Shown here: in pieces, positions 23,701 to 36,285 of the stretch
Position numbering within the stretch: the stretch's first letter is position 1
Layout: each line of letters opens with the position of its first letter
Assembly (NCBI GenBank): GCA_030390025.1
Contig: JASTWF010000035.1
Coordinates: forward strand, 2,294,001 to 2,358,000
Origin: Squalus acanthias
Lineage: Eukaryota
DNA length: 64,000 bases
Reading direction: 5' to 3'
Program-made: the position numbers and the translations under genes
Notes under the pieces: generated by a model
Database searches by the model: none
What the model was told of the DNA's origin: nothing
The model's input: only the letters and a program-made list of their open reading frames with translations

Positions 23701-25968
23701 CGAGACTGGTCGTGTCTCTCTAAAAAGCCTGCGAGACTGGTCCTGTCTCTCTAAAAAGCCATTGTGACTGGACCTGTCTCTTTAAAAAGCCTGTGTGACT
23801 CGTCCTGTCTCTATAAAAAGCCGTTATGACTGGGCCTGTCTCTTTAAAAAGCCTGTGTGACTGATCCTGTGTCTATAAAAAGCCTGTGTGACTGATCCTT
23901 GCTCTTTAAAAAGCCTCTGTGGCTGGTCCTGTCTCTTTTAAAAGCCTGTGTGACTGCTCCTGTCTCTTTAAAAAGCCTGTGTGACTGGTCCTGTCTCTTT
24001 ACAAAGCCGTTGGGACTGGACCTGTCTCTTTAAAAAGCCTGTGTGACTCGTTCTGTCTCTTCAAAAAGCCTGCGTGACTGTTCCTGTTTCTTCAAAAAGC
24101 CAGAGTGACTGGTCCTGTCTCTATAAAAAGCCTGTGTCGTTGGTCCTGTCTCTCTAAAAAGCCTGTGTGACTGATCCTGTCTCTTCAAAAAGCCTGTGTG
24201 ACTGGACCTCTCTCTCTGATAAGCCTGTGTGACTGGACCTCTCTCTCTAAAAAGCCTGTCTGACTGGTCCTGTCTCTTTCAAAAGTCTGTGCCGTTGGTC
24301 CTGTCTCTTTAAAAAGCCTGTGTGACTGGTCCTGTCTCTCTAAAAAGCCTGTGTGACTGGTCCTGTCTCTTTAAATAGCCAGTGTGACTGGTCCTGTGTC
24401 TCTAAAAAGCCGTTGTGACTGGTACTGTCTCTTTCGAAAACCTGCGTGACTGGTCCTGTCTCTTTAAAAAGCCTGTGTGACTGGCCCTGTCTCTTTAAAA
24501 AGCCTGTGTGACTGGCCCTGTCTCTTTAAAAAGCCTGTGTGACTGTTCCTGTCTCTCTAAAAAGCCTGTGTGACTGATCCTGTCTCTTTAAAAAGCCTGT
24601 GTGACTGGTCCTGTCTCTTCAAAAAGCCTGTGTGACTGGTCCTGTCTCTTCAAAACCCTGTGTGACTCGTCCTGTCTCTTCAAAAAGCCTGTGTGGTTGG
24701 TCATATCTCTCTAAAAAGCGGTTGTGACTGGACCTGTCTCCCCGAAAAGCCTGTGTGACTGGTCCTGTCTCTTTAAAAAGCCTGTGTGACTGGTCCTGTC
24801 TCTTTAAAAAGCCTGTGTGACTGGTCCTGTCTCTTTTAAAAGTCTGTGTGGCTGGTGCTGTCTCTTTAAAAAGCCTGCGAGACTGGTCCTGTCCCTTTAA
24901 AAAGCCTGTGTGAATGGTCCCGTCTCTTCAAAAAGCCTGTGTGACTGGTCCTGTATCTTTAGAAAGACTGTGTGACTGGTCCTGTCTCTTTAAAAAGCCT
25001 GTGTGACTGTTCCTGTCTCTTTAAAAAGCCTGCGAGACTGGTCGTGTCACTCTAAAAAGCCTGCGAGACTGGTCCTGTCTCTCTAAAAAGCCATTGTGAC
25101 TGGACCTGTCTCTTTAAAAAGCCTGTGTGACTCGTCCTGTCTCTATAAAAAGCCGTTATGACTGGGCCTGTCTCTTTAAAAAGCCTGTGTTGTTGGTCCT
25201 GTCTCTCTAAAAAGACTGTGTGACTGGTCCCGTGTCTATAAAAAGCCTGTGTGACTGATCCTTGCTCTTCAAAAAGCCTGTGTGGTTGGTCCTGTCTCTT
25301 TAAAAAGCCTGTGTGACTGGTGCTGTCTCTCTAAAAAGCGGTTGTGACTGGACCTGTCTCTCTGAAAAGCCTGTGTGACTGGTGCTGTCTCTTTTAAAAG
25401 CCTGCGAGACTGGTCCTGTCTCTTTAAAAAGCCTGCGTGACTGATCCTTGCTCTTTGAAAAGCCTGTCTGCCTGTTCCTGTCTCTTTAAAAGCCTGTGTC
25501 GTTGGTCCTGTCTCTCTAAAAAGGCTGTGTGACTGGTCCTGTCTCTCTAAAGAGCCTGTGTGACTGGTCCTGTCTCTTTAAAAGGCCATTGTGTCTGGAC
25601 CTGTCTCTTTAAAAAGCCTGTGTGACTGGTCCTGTCTCTCTAAAAAGCCGTTGTGACTGGACCTGTCTCTCTAAAAAGCCTGTGTGGCTGGTCCTGTCTC
25701 TTTAAAAAGCCTGTGTGAATGGTCCTGTCTCTTTAAAAAGCCTGTGTGACTGGTGCTTTCTCCATTAAAAAGCCTGTGTGACTGGTCCTGTCTCTTTAAA
25801 AGGCCATTGTGTCTGGACCTGTCTCTTTAAAAAGCCTGTGTGACTGGTTCTCTCTCTTTAAAAAGTCTGTGTGACTGGTCCTGTCTCTTCAAAAAGTCTG
25901 TGTGACTGGTCCTGTCTCTTCAAAAAGCCTGTGTGACTGGTCCTGTCTCTCTAAAAAGCCTGTGTGAA
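17784..25968. repeat. Satellite, 31-bp unit AAAAAGCCTGTGTGACTGGTCCTGTCTCTTT
   Basis: About 8.2 kb (~260 units) with recurring variant blocks. Confidence 0.98.
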
Positions 25969-26499
25969 TGTTTTTGTGTCACTGACTGTGTCTCCGGCTC
26001 TTGTTTAGGTGTTCATCGCATGTTATACAATTAAGAGGTGTTGGAATGGATGTGTTTTTTTTTTAAACAGGGGACCATGGATTTTGGTACCACAGGGGTG
26101 TTGATGGTGCAGGATTACTGAGACTCGCTCTTTGACACTGAAGTAACTTCACTGAGTTACGGAGAAAGCTTTGCTGGAAAAGTCGTGTGAAGAATTGAAT
26201 CCCTAGGACTAGAAACCCGTCATTGACTGCAGTGGAACTGAATATCAGGCGGTGCGTGTAACGGGCGCCCGATCCGATACCACCCGTTTAACCCACGCCC
26301 GAGACAAATTTCTCGGCTCCTGTCAGTAGACATCGGCAAATATCAAATGTCACAGTGTGCTGGTGAATTGGACTAAAAGTTTTCCTCTCAAAGGCTCGGC
26401 TTGAACCCATTCAGAAACATTTGTTATCATCCGAGACAGATTGCTCGGGGGGTGGGGAGATATAAGAGTTGTATCTAAAATTAATTACAAGCATTTCTG

Positions 26500-26625
26500 T
26501 CTCATCCGAAACTCTGCTGTCCGTGTCCTAACTCGCATCAAGTCCCGTTCATCCATCACCCCTGTGCTCGCTGACCTACATTGGCTCCCGGTCCGGCAAT
26601 GCTTTGATTTTATAATTCTCATCCC
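26500..26625 (+). mobile_element. L2 fragment
   Basis: IRNSAVRVLTRIKSRSSITPVLADLHWLPV; matches 58140-58260. Confidence 0.8.
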
Positions 26626-26869
26626 CGTGTTGAGCCCCAACACATTGCCAAGTGTCCAATAAGGGATTTGCATCCCGAAAATGCCAAACGTTACTTTGTT
26701 TGTATTTAGTATTTTACCGTAAGTATGTCTCATCCCCAGGGTCAAAGGTAGATTTCTACTATTGGCATCAAGGGGCACAGGGAGGGGTTAGAGTTCGGCT
26801 CAGACTGTCGCACAAAACACCATCATAACCAAGTTCCAACTTCATGTCACACACCGTCCAGGCTGGAAC

Positions 26870-27465
26870 AATTTTTTATTCATTCATGGGATGTGGGTGT
26901 CGCTGGCAAGGCCACATTTATTGTCCATTCCTAATTGCCCTTGAGAAGGTGGTGGGGAGACGCCTTATAAAACTAAATGGCTTGCTCAGCCATTTCAGAG
27001 GGCAGTTAAAAGTTAATCACATTGCTCTGGGTCTGGAGTCACATTTCAGCCAGACTGGGTAAGGACGGCAGATTTCCTTCCCAGATAGGTTTTTATAAAA
27101 ATCCCGTAGTTTCATGGTCACCATTCTTGATATTAGCTTTTCATTCCAGATTTGTTTAATTAATTGAATTTAAATTCCCCAGCTGGTGGGACTTGAACAT
27201 TTGTCCAGTCATCTGGTTTACTAGTCCAGCAACATTACGACGATGCTTCCGTACCCTTCAAATATATCGCCGTTCCTTCGTCGTCACTCGGTCAAAAGCC
27301 TGAAATTTCTTCCATAATCGTATTGTGGGAGCACCTTCACCACAGGGACTGCAGTGGCTTAATTTGAAGGCCCACCATTTTCTCACGGGTAACTAGGGAT
27401 GGGCAAGAATACGGGCCATGAAAGCAAGACCCATATCTTGAGAATAAATGATAGAAATAATAAAA
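26870..27465. mobile_element. SINE-like element (-) with a Zenon-like LINE tail, plus adjacent Zenon-like 3' end (+, ~27260-27465)
   Basis: GGGTGTCGCTGGCAAGGCC...CTAATTGCCCTTGAGAAGGTGGTG is the reverse complement of the LINE 3' end at 37120-37200. Confidence 0.6.
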
Positions 27466-27604
27466 TCAATGATTTGAATCCAGGCGAGGCCTGAGATCAG
27501 AGCGGGGCGTCATGTTCCGCTAAACAAATTGTCTCACAACTTGGCTCACCAATTCAATGATTCTTTGATTGTTACTGCGCATACTTTCCCAATGTCCCTA
27601 TCCT

Positions 27605-30600
27605 TTAAAAAGGTGCTTGGTAAAGTACCACATAATACCAAAATTGAAGCCCATGGGATTAGTGGTAAGCGGAATTTTTTCAGACTCAGTATAGAGTGGT
27701 GTTCCCCAGGTGTCGGTGTTGGGACCATTGCTCATTTCATGTTTATCAATGTTGTGGACTTGGGTATACAGCGCCTAATTTGAAAGTTTGAAGATGACAA
27801 GAAACTCAGAAATGCTAATCAACAGTAAGAATGGCAGTAACAGACCTCAGGAGGACATGGACAGACTAGTGAAATGGGCAGACACATGGCAGATACAATT
27901 CAACGCAGAGAAGGGTGAAGTGATACATGTCGATAGGAAGCATGAGCAGAGGTAATATAAACTAAACGGGACAATTTCAAAGCGGGTGCACGATCAGAGA
28001 GACCTGGGGTGTACTTACACAAATCACTGAAGGTGGCAGGACAAATAGCGATGGCTGTTAATAAAGCATACGGAGTCCTTGGCTTTACAAACAGAGACAC
28101 AGAGTAACAAAATCCAGGTAGAAATGCTCACCTTTTAAAAATCATTGGTTAGACCCCAGCTGGAGTATTGTGTCCAATTCTGAGCACCACACTTTGGCAA
28201 GCATGTCAAGGATGAGAGAAGGTGTAGAGGAGATTTATCGGTATGGCACCAGGGATCTGGGACTTCAATTACGTGGAGAGTCAGGAGAAGCTGGGATTGT
28301 TCATTTGAGAGCAGCGAAGGTTAAGAATCACAGAATTGTAGAATCATCGAAATTTACGGCACAGAAGCAGGCCATTTGGCCCATTGTGTCATCCATGGTC
28401 GAAATAGAGCTCTGCACCTTAATCCCACTTTCCAGCTCTTGGTCCTTAGCCCTGTGGGTTACAGCATTTCAAGTGCATATCCATGTACGTTTTAAACGTG
28501 ATGAGGGTTTCTGCCTCGACCACACTTTCAGGCCGTGAGTTTCAGACCCCCACACCCCTCTGGGTGAAAACATTTCTCCCCATCTCCCCTCTAATCCTTC
28601 TACCAATTAATTTAAATCTATGACCCCCGGTTATTGACCTCCCTGTCAGGGCAAATAGTTCCTCCCTATCGACTCTAGCTAGGCCTCTCAATTTTATACT
28701 CCTCAATTAAATCTTCCCTCAGCCTCCTCTGTTCCAAAGTAAACAACCCCAGGCTGTCCAATCTTTCCTCATAGCTAAAATTATCCAGTCCTGGCAACAT
28801 CCACATAAATCTCCTCTATAATGTCTCTCGTGCAATCACATCGCTCCTGTAATGTGGTGACCAGAACTTTACACAGTATTCTAGCAGTGGCCTAACTAGT
28901 GTTTTATACAGTTCTAACATAACCTCCCTGCTTTTATATCCTATGCCTCGGCTAATAAAGCAACGTATCCCACATGCCTTCTTAACCACCCTATCTATAT
29001 GTCCCGATATATTTATAGATATGTGGAAATGTACTCCAAGGACCCTCTGTTCCTCTGCAATTTTCAGGATCCTACCATTTATTGTGTATGCCCTCTTTTT
29101 TAGTCCTCCACCAATCCATTACCTCACACTTCTCCGAATTGAAGTCAATTTGCCACTGTTCTGCCCACCGGACCAGTCCATTGATATCTTCTTGCAGTCT
29201 ACAGCTTTCTTCCTCACTATCAACCACACGGCCAATTTTGTATCATGTGCAAACTTCTTCATCATGGCCCTAGGTTGAAGTCTAAATCATTAATATATAC
29301 CACAAATAGCAGGGGACCTAGTACTGAGCCCTGTGGAACCCCACTGGAAACAGCCTTCCACTCACTAAGAACACCCGTTGACCATTACCCTTTGCTTCCT
29401 GCCACTGAGCCAATTTTGGATCCAACTTGCCACTTTTCCTTTGATCCCATGACCAACCTGTCATGTGGGACCTTGTCAAAGGCCTTACTAATATCTCCGT
29501 GGACTACATCAAATGCACTCCCCTCATCGACCCTCCTCATTACCTCCACAAAAAATTCAATCCGGTTAGTCAGACACGACATTCCCTTAACATTACCATG
29601 CTGACTGTCCTTGATTAATCTGTGCCTTTCTAAATGCCGATTTATACTGTCCCTCAGAATTTTTCAATATTTTTTTCCACCACCAAGGTTAGACTGACTG
29701 CCCTGTAATTACTCGGTCTATCCCTTTTTACCCTTTTGAAACAATGGTACAACGTTAGCAGTCCTCCAGTCCTCTGGCATCATGCCTGTAGCCAGAGAGG
29801 ATTGGAAAATGATGGTCTGAGCCTCCGCTATTTCCTCCTCTGACTCTCGTAAAAGCCTGGGAAACATTTCATCCGAGCCTCATGATTTATCTACTTTCAA
29901 AGATGCTGAACCCCTTAATGTTTCCTCTCTCACTATGTTTGTCTCATCTAATATTTCACACACCTCCTCCTTAACTACAATGCCTGCATCGTCTCACTTT
30001 TCTGTGAAGACAGACACAAAGTATTTATTCAGAACCATATCCACGTCTTCCGCCTCTACACACAGATTAACTTTTTGGTCTATAATAGGCCAGACTGTTT
30101 CCTTTGTTATCCTCTTGCTCTTGATGTATGTATAAAATATCTTTGGGTTTTCCTTGATTTTACTTGCCAATATTTTTTCATGCCCTCTCTTTGCTTTCCT
30201 AATTTCCTTTTTAATTTCACCCCTGCACTTTCTATACCCCTCTAGGCTTTCTGTAGTATTGAGCTCTCGGTATCTGACAAAAGCTTCCCTTTTTGTTCCC
30301 TTATCCTACCCTGTATTCCCCTTGACAACTAGGGGATTCTGCATTTGGAAGTCTCATCCTTTATCTTTGTGGGAATATATTTTCTCTGAGCCCTCACTAT
30401 CACCTCGTTGAATGCTTCCCACGGCTCTGGCACTGATTTCCAATTAAGAAGCTGTTTCCAGTCCACTTTTACTAAATCACATCTCAGCTAAGTAAAATTG
30501 GTCTTTCCCCAATTGAAAACATTTACACCTGGTCTTTCTTTGTCCTTTTCCATTAGGGGAGATTTAATATAGATGTTCAAGATTGTAATGGGTTTTGATA

Positions 30601-30920
30601 GATTAAGTAAATCTGTTTCCAAAGGCAGAATTGTGGATAACCACAGGAAACAAATTTAAAGTAATTGTCAAAAGAACCAGAGGAGAGATGAGAATTTTCT
30701 TTACGCAGTGAGATGTGATCTAGAATGCACTGTCTGAGAACGTGTGGGAAGCAGATTCAATAGTAAATTTCGAAAGTGAATGGGGTAATTAGATGAAGGG
30801 GAATTTTTATGGGGCTCTGATTAAAGATTAGGACTGAATTGATAACTCTTTCAAAGAGACGACATGGACACGATGGGCCGAATGATCTCTGTTTGTGCTG
30901 TACCGTTCAATGATTCTATG
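27605..30920 (+). mobile_element. Degenerate CR1 3' half (host); pieces 27605-28327 and 30556-30920
   Basis: KVPH..IEAHGI; GAGCAGCGAAGGTTAAG resumes as GGGAGATTTAATA after the nested copy; ends ATGATTCTATGA. Confidence 0.8.
28328..30555 (-). mobile_element. Nested antisense 5'-truncated CR1
   Basis: SCLTNRIEFFVEVMRRVDEGSAFDVV..KAFDKVPH; closely similar to 2226-3510; tail at ~28330. Confidence 0.9.
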
Positions 30921-31111
30921 AGCAATAGACAGAGAGAGAGAGAAGAGGGGGAGAGAGAGAAAGGGAGAAAGAGTGAAATAAAATAGAGACTGAAAGACAG
31001 GGAGAGGTACAGAGGGAAATACATTAACTTTAAAAGGGGAATTGGATAAATACCTGAAGAGGAACAATTTGCAGGACTATGGGAAAAGAGCAAGGGAATG
31101 GGACTAATTGC

Positions 31112-31610
31112 AGGGATGAGGCCATGGTGGGATTTGAACATGAGGAGGAGAATATTTAAATCGAGTTGTTGCCGGATCGGCAGCCAATGTTGGTCAGTGA
31201 TCACAAGGGTGATGGGTGAACGGGACATGATGTGTGTTAGGATAGGGGCAGCAGAGTTTTGGATGAGCTCTAGTTTATGGAGGCTTGTAACTGGGAGGCC
31301 GGCCAGGGGAGCATTGGAATAGTCGAGTCTGGATTTAACAAAGGCACGGATGCGGGTTTATGCAGCAGAAGGGCTGAGGTGGAGTGGAGATGGGTGTAAT
31401 TTTGGGTGTGGTAGTCGGCAAGAATGGTGATTGAGAAGATATGAGTTCGGAACTCAGCTCAGGGACAAAGAGATCGCAGAAGTTGCAAACAGCCTGGTTC
31501 AGCCTCAGACATTGACCAGGGAGGGGGACTGAATCGGTAGATAGAGAATGGAGTTTGTGACAAGGACCGAAGACAATGGCTTCGCTCTTCCCAAGAATTA
31601 AATGAAAAAA
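31112..31610 (-). mobile_element. L2 ORF2 fragment
   Basis: MSRSPITLVITDQHWLPIRQQLDLNILLL; ILGKSEAIVFGP. Confidence 0.8.
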
Positions 31611-31849
31611 ATAATAGCACAGTGAAACATGGTTTACAGATCTAATGGCTGGATATAGAGGGTTACCAGGGACACAAATAGCAGCAAGGAATGAAGAATA
31701 GTAATACATTTAGCAAAGGTTTGCAGAGTTAAAAGCTGGATAGAGAGATTTACCAGGAACAACAACCGCAACAAGGAGGGGAGAGTAAATGACAAGAACA
31801 GTAATACAGTAAAACATGGTTAACAGAATAGCTGGATAGAGAGACTTAC

Positions 31850-32030
31850 CAGGAACACCAACAGCAGCAAGGAGTGGATAGTAAATGTATTGGATAATCT
31901 GAAGTGCCAACTCTATCCGCCTGTCGAATGATATCCTATCATAATGTGCTGAAAGAAGGTCAAACTGCCAGCTGAAACTCCTGCCCATTGTTGTAACATT
32001 CCAATCTACTGTTCTCAGATTCTGATCCAT
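31850..32030 (-). CDS. First coding exon of a GPR139/GPR142-like class A GPCR (N-terminus and start of TM1); downstream exon not found, possibly a pseudogene
   Basis: ATG at 32030 gives MDQNLRTVDWNVTTMGRSFSW...LQIIQYIYYPLLAAVGVP, then a phase-1 donor G|GTAAGT at 31849. NVT sequon present. The YYP-L---GVP motif precedes the TM1 Asn in this family. Confidence 0.7.
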
Positions 32031-32201
32031 TGTTGTAACATTCCAATCTACTGTTCTCAGATTCCGACTCCCTCTCTGTGGAGCAGCGCGCTGATCCTTG
32101 TTAGTGCCGGAGGTGATGCTCTCACTGACACTACGGATAACACATTGAAAGGAGTCCCTTATTAATAGAAGAGGGAAACCCTGCACTGATACAATTAGAG
32201 T

Positions 32202-32355
32202 CCATGGAGACTGACATTAATGACAGTCACTAAACAAACATCTTCAGTTAACCCGTGGAGACTGACATTAATTACAGTCACTGAACAAACATCTTCAGTT
32301 AACCCGTGGAGACTGACATTAATTGCAGTCACTAAACAAACAGTTTCAGTTAACC
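32202..32355. repeat. Three 51-bp tandem copies upstream of the GPCR exon
   Basis: CCRTGGAGACTGACATTAAT...TCAGTTAAC starting at 32202, 32253 and 32304. Confidence 0.9.
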
Positions 32356-32569
32356 CCTTTCAATCCAACACTTTTTGTTCCACAGTAAAGTAGAACATTT
32401 ACCCGGTCCGGATGGGATGTATGAGGATTGCTGAGGGAAGGAATGGTGGAAATAGCGCAGGCTCTGGCCAGAATCTTTCAATTCTCCTCGGATATGGGAA
32501 TGGTGCCAGAGGAGTAATATTAGAGGCGGAAGTGTAACCATATTAGATAGGGACAGACTAAAAGACTAC

Positions 32570-35500
32570 GAAAAATTCCAAAATGGGTTTAGAATGCATG
32601 TACGTAAACGCACAACGTGTGGTGAATAAGTTTGGTGGGCAACAAGCACAATTAGTCGTGTGGCAATATGATGTTGTGGCAATAACGGAAACGTGGCTTA
32701 AAAACAATGAGGACTGGGCAGTTAATGTTCAAGGGTGCAAGGTGTTCAGAAAAGATAGGGAAGGAAAAAAGGGAGGTGGGGTGGCAGTGCTGATGAAGGA
32801 AGACATTGTAGTGTTGGAAAGGGAGGATGTTCTTGAGGGGACAAGGGCAGAATCCATTTGGTTAGAGTTGAGGTGCAAAAAGGGAATGATCACGCTATTG
32901 GGGGTATTCTACAGACCTCCAAATAGTGAGAGAGAGGTAGAGGAGCAAATCTGCAGGGAAATCACAGAGATAAGCAAGAGCTATAGAGTGGTGATATTGG
33001 GGGACTTTAATTACGCAAATATCGATTGAGATAATGCTAGGGTAAAGGGAAAGGAAGGGGAGGAATTGCAGAAATGTGTTCAGGAGAACTTCCTTGACCC
33101 GTATATTCCTGACCCAAATTGGAAGGAGTCATTGCTGGATCTGGTTCCGGTGAATGAGTTGGGCCAGGTCGAGCAAGTGTCTGTGGAAGAACATTTGGAT
33201 ACGAGTGATCATCGTATCATAAGATTTAAATTAGCAATGGAGAGGAGCAAGGAACAATCTAGAGTGGAACTTCTAAACTGGAATAGGGCTAACTTCAAAA
33301 GGATGCGAAAGGATCTAGCCAGTGTAAAATGGAACCAAAGACTGACAGGAAAAACTGTAACGGAACAATGGGTGATCTTTAAGGAGGAGATGTTCTAAGT
33401 GCATGCTAGGTACATTCCAACAATTGGGAAGGGTAAGGGAACCAAATCAAGGGCTCCTTCAATGAAGAGGGAGATAGAGAAGACGATGAAACAAAAAAAA
33501 GAGAGTGTATGATGAATGTCAGGTGAATTCTTCAAGGGAGAACCAGAACAAATACAATAAGCTGAGAGGGGAAGTGAAGATGAAAATAAGATTGGCAAAG
33601 AGAGAATATGAGAGTAGAATGGCGGTTAACATAAAAGGGAACCCAAAAATCTTCTACCAGCATGTATACAGTAAGCGGGTAGTAAGAGGCGGGGTAGGGC
33701 CTATCAGGGACAAAGAAGGTGATATATGCATTGAGGCGCAAGGCAAGGCTAGAATGCTCAATGAGTACTTTGTATCGGTGTTTAATAAGGAGGTGGATGC
33801 TGACAAAATATCAGTAGAAGTGGAAAATACTGAAGCAATGGAAGGGGTGAAAATTGATAGACAGGATGTACTAGAAAGGTTGGTTATGCTTAGAGTGGAT
33901 AAGTCGCCTGGTCCAGAAGGTTTGCATCCTAGGTTGCTAAGGGAATTGGGAGATGAGATAGCGGAAGCTGTTGCCATAACTTTCCAATCTTCCCTAGGAT
34001 GGTGCCCGAGGATTGGAAAGTGAGAAATGTGGCACCATTGTTCATGAAATGGTGCAAAGACAATCCCAGTAACGGCAGGCCGGTCAGATTAAAATCAGTG
34101 GTGGGTAAAGTTTTAGAAACAATATTCAAGGAAAAAAGTAACGGGCACCTGGAGAGGTTATCTCATTGAAGCATACACAATTATTGCAGGGCTTGATAGG
34201 GTGGATGCTGGGAGAATGTTTCCCTTGGCTGGGGAGTCTAGAACCAGGGGCCACAGCCTCAGAATAAAGGAGAGGCCATTCAGGACTGAGATGAGAAGAC
34301 ATTTCTTCAAACAATGGGTGGTGAATCTTTGGAAGTCTCTACCCTAGAGGTCTGTGGAGGCTCAGTCATTGGGTATATTCAAAACAGAAGTCGATAGATT
34401 TCGGATTAGTGAGGGCATCAAGGGAAATTGCGATAAGGCCGGGGATTGGAGTTGAGGCAGAAGTTCAGCCATGATCTTATTGAATGGTGGAGCAGGCTCG
34501 AAGGGCCGAATGGCCTACTCCTGCAGGAATGACATATGAGGAGAGATTGGGTCGATTGGGCTTATACACGCTGGAGTATAGAAGAATGAGGCGGGATCTC
34601 ATCGAAATATATAAAATTCTGACAGGTCTGGACAAACGAGATGCAGAAAGAATGTTCCCGATGGTCGGAGAGTCCAAAACCAGGGGTCATAATCTAAGGA
34701 TAAGGGGTAAGCCATGTAGGACAGAAATGAGGAAGAATGTCTTCACCCAGAGAGTGGTGAACCTGTGGAATTCTCTACCACAGCAGGTAGTTGAGGCTAA
34801 GTCATTAAATATATTCAAGAATGAGTTAGATATATTTCTTAAAGCTAAAGGTATCAAGGGATATGGGGAGAAGGCAGGTACAGGGTACTGAGTTTGGATG
34901 ATCAGCCATGATCTCATCGAATGGCCTACTCCTGCTCCTATCTTCTATGTTTCTATGTTTCTATTTCTTATGTTCTTATGCATACGCTAATTATGGAGAG
35001 CCAACATGGATTTGTAAAAGGCAGATCGTGTCTCACGAAACTAATTGAATTTTTTGATGAAGTAACAGGGAGGATTGATGAAGGGAATGCAATGGATGTT
35101 GCCGACATGGATTTTCGCAAGGCGTTTAACAAAGTATCACATAGAATGCTGGTTAACAAAATTGAGGCCCATGGAATAGGTTGGTCAGTGGCAGCTTGGA
35201 TAAGGAATTGGCTTAAGGACAGAAAACAGCGAGTTGTGGTAAATGTCTGTTTTTCAGACTGGAGGATGGTAGACAGTGGCGTTCCCCGAGGGTCAGTGCT
35301 GGGGCCACTAATTTTGTTGATACATTTAAATGACCTGGATATTGGAATACAAAGTAGAATTTCTAAATTTGCCGATGACACCAAACTTGGGGGTGTGGCA
35401 AACAGTGATGATACCAATTGACTGCAACAGGACTTCGAAAGTCTAGCAGAATTGGCAGAGAAGTGGAAGATGGAATTTAATACAGAGAAGTGAGGTGATG

Positions 35501-36285
35501 CATTTTGGCAAAAGGAACAGGGAGAGGCATTATACACTTAATGGCACAATTTTAAAGAGTGTGCAGGGACAGAGGGACCTGGCGGTTAATGTGAATAGGT
35601 CCCTGAAGGTGGCGGGACATATTGAGAGAGTGGTTAACAAAGCATATGGGATCTTGGGTTTCATAAATAGAGGCAATGAGTACAAAAGTAGAGAAGTTAT
35701 GCTGAATCTTTATAAAGCGCTGGTTCGGCCACAACTGGAGTATTGCGTCCAGTTCTGGTCACCACACTTTAGGAAGGATGTGGAGTCCTTTGAGAGGGTG
35801 CAGAGGAGATTTACCAGAATGGTTCCGGGGATGGGGGCTCTTAGCTACAAGGACAGGTTGGAGAATCTGGATTTGTTTTCATTAGAGCAAAGAAGGTTGA
35901 GGTGTGATTTGATAGAGGTGTACAAGATTATGACAGGTTTGGATAGGCTAGACGGGGAAAGTCTGTTCCCACTAGTTGATGGTACAAGGACTAGGGGACA
36001 CAGATTTATGTTTTTTTGACAAGAGATACAGGGGGGATGAGAGAAAAAACTTTACGCAGCGAGTGGTGAGTACCTGGAACTCGCTGCCGATGGAAGTGGT
36101 GGAAGCAGAGACACTCAATGTTTTCAAGGGGAGACTGGATAGGCACTGGAGGGAAATAAACTTGCAGGGATATGGGGATAGAGCGGGGAAATGAGACTGA
36201 CTGGATTGCTCTACAGAGAGCCGGCACGAACTTGATGGGCCAACTGGCCTCCTTCTGTGTCATTATGACTTTATGACTCTATGAC
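32570..36285 (+). mobile_element. CR1 ORF2 near-complete but degenerate (EN-RT-3' end), interrupted at 34158-34980
   Basis: CMYVNAQRVVNK, AITETWL, VILGDFNY, DKSPGPEGLHPRLL; NGHLER resumes as HTLIMESQHGF; SKFADDTK; (ACTCTATG)n tail. Confidence 0.92.
34158..34980 (+). mobile_element. Two tandem CR1 3' ends nested in the above
   Basis: 34158-34527 has no tail and is joined to 34528-34980 (GMTYEERLGRLGLYTLE..., (TTCTATG)n tail). Confidence 0.85.

Noticed and set aside
17784..25968. CRISPR-like array (also considered for the 33-, 47- and 67-bp arrays)
   Set aside because: Head-to-tail units with no unique spacers, no cas genes, and a vertebrate context.
25990..26200. Acceptor-like sites (TTGTTTAG and T-tract-AAACAG) after the 31-bp satellite
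   Set aside because: All three frames after the stronger site stop within about 20 codons and no donor was found; a non-coding exon cannot be excluded.
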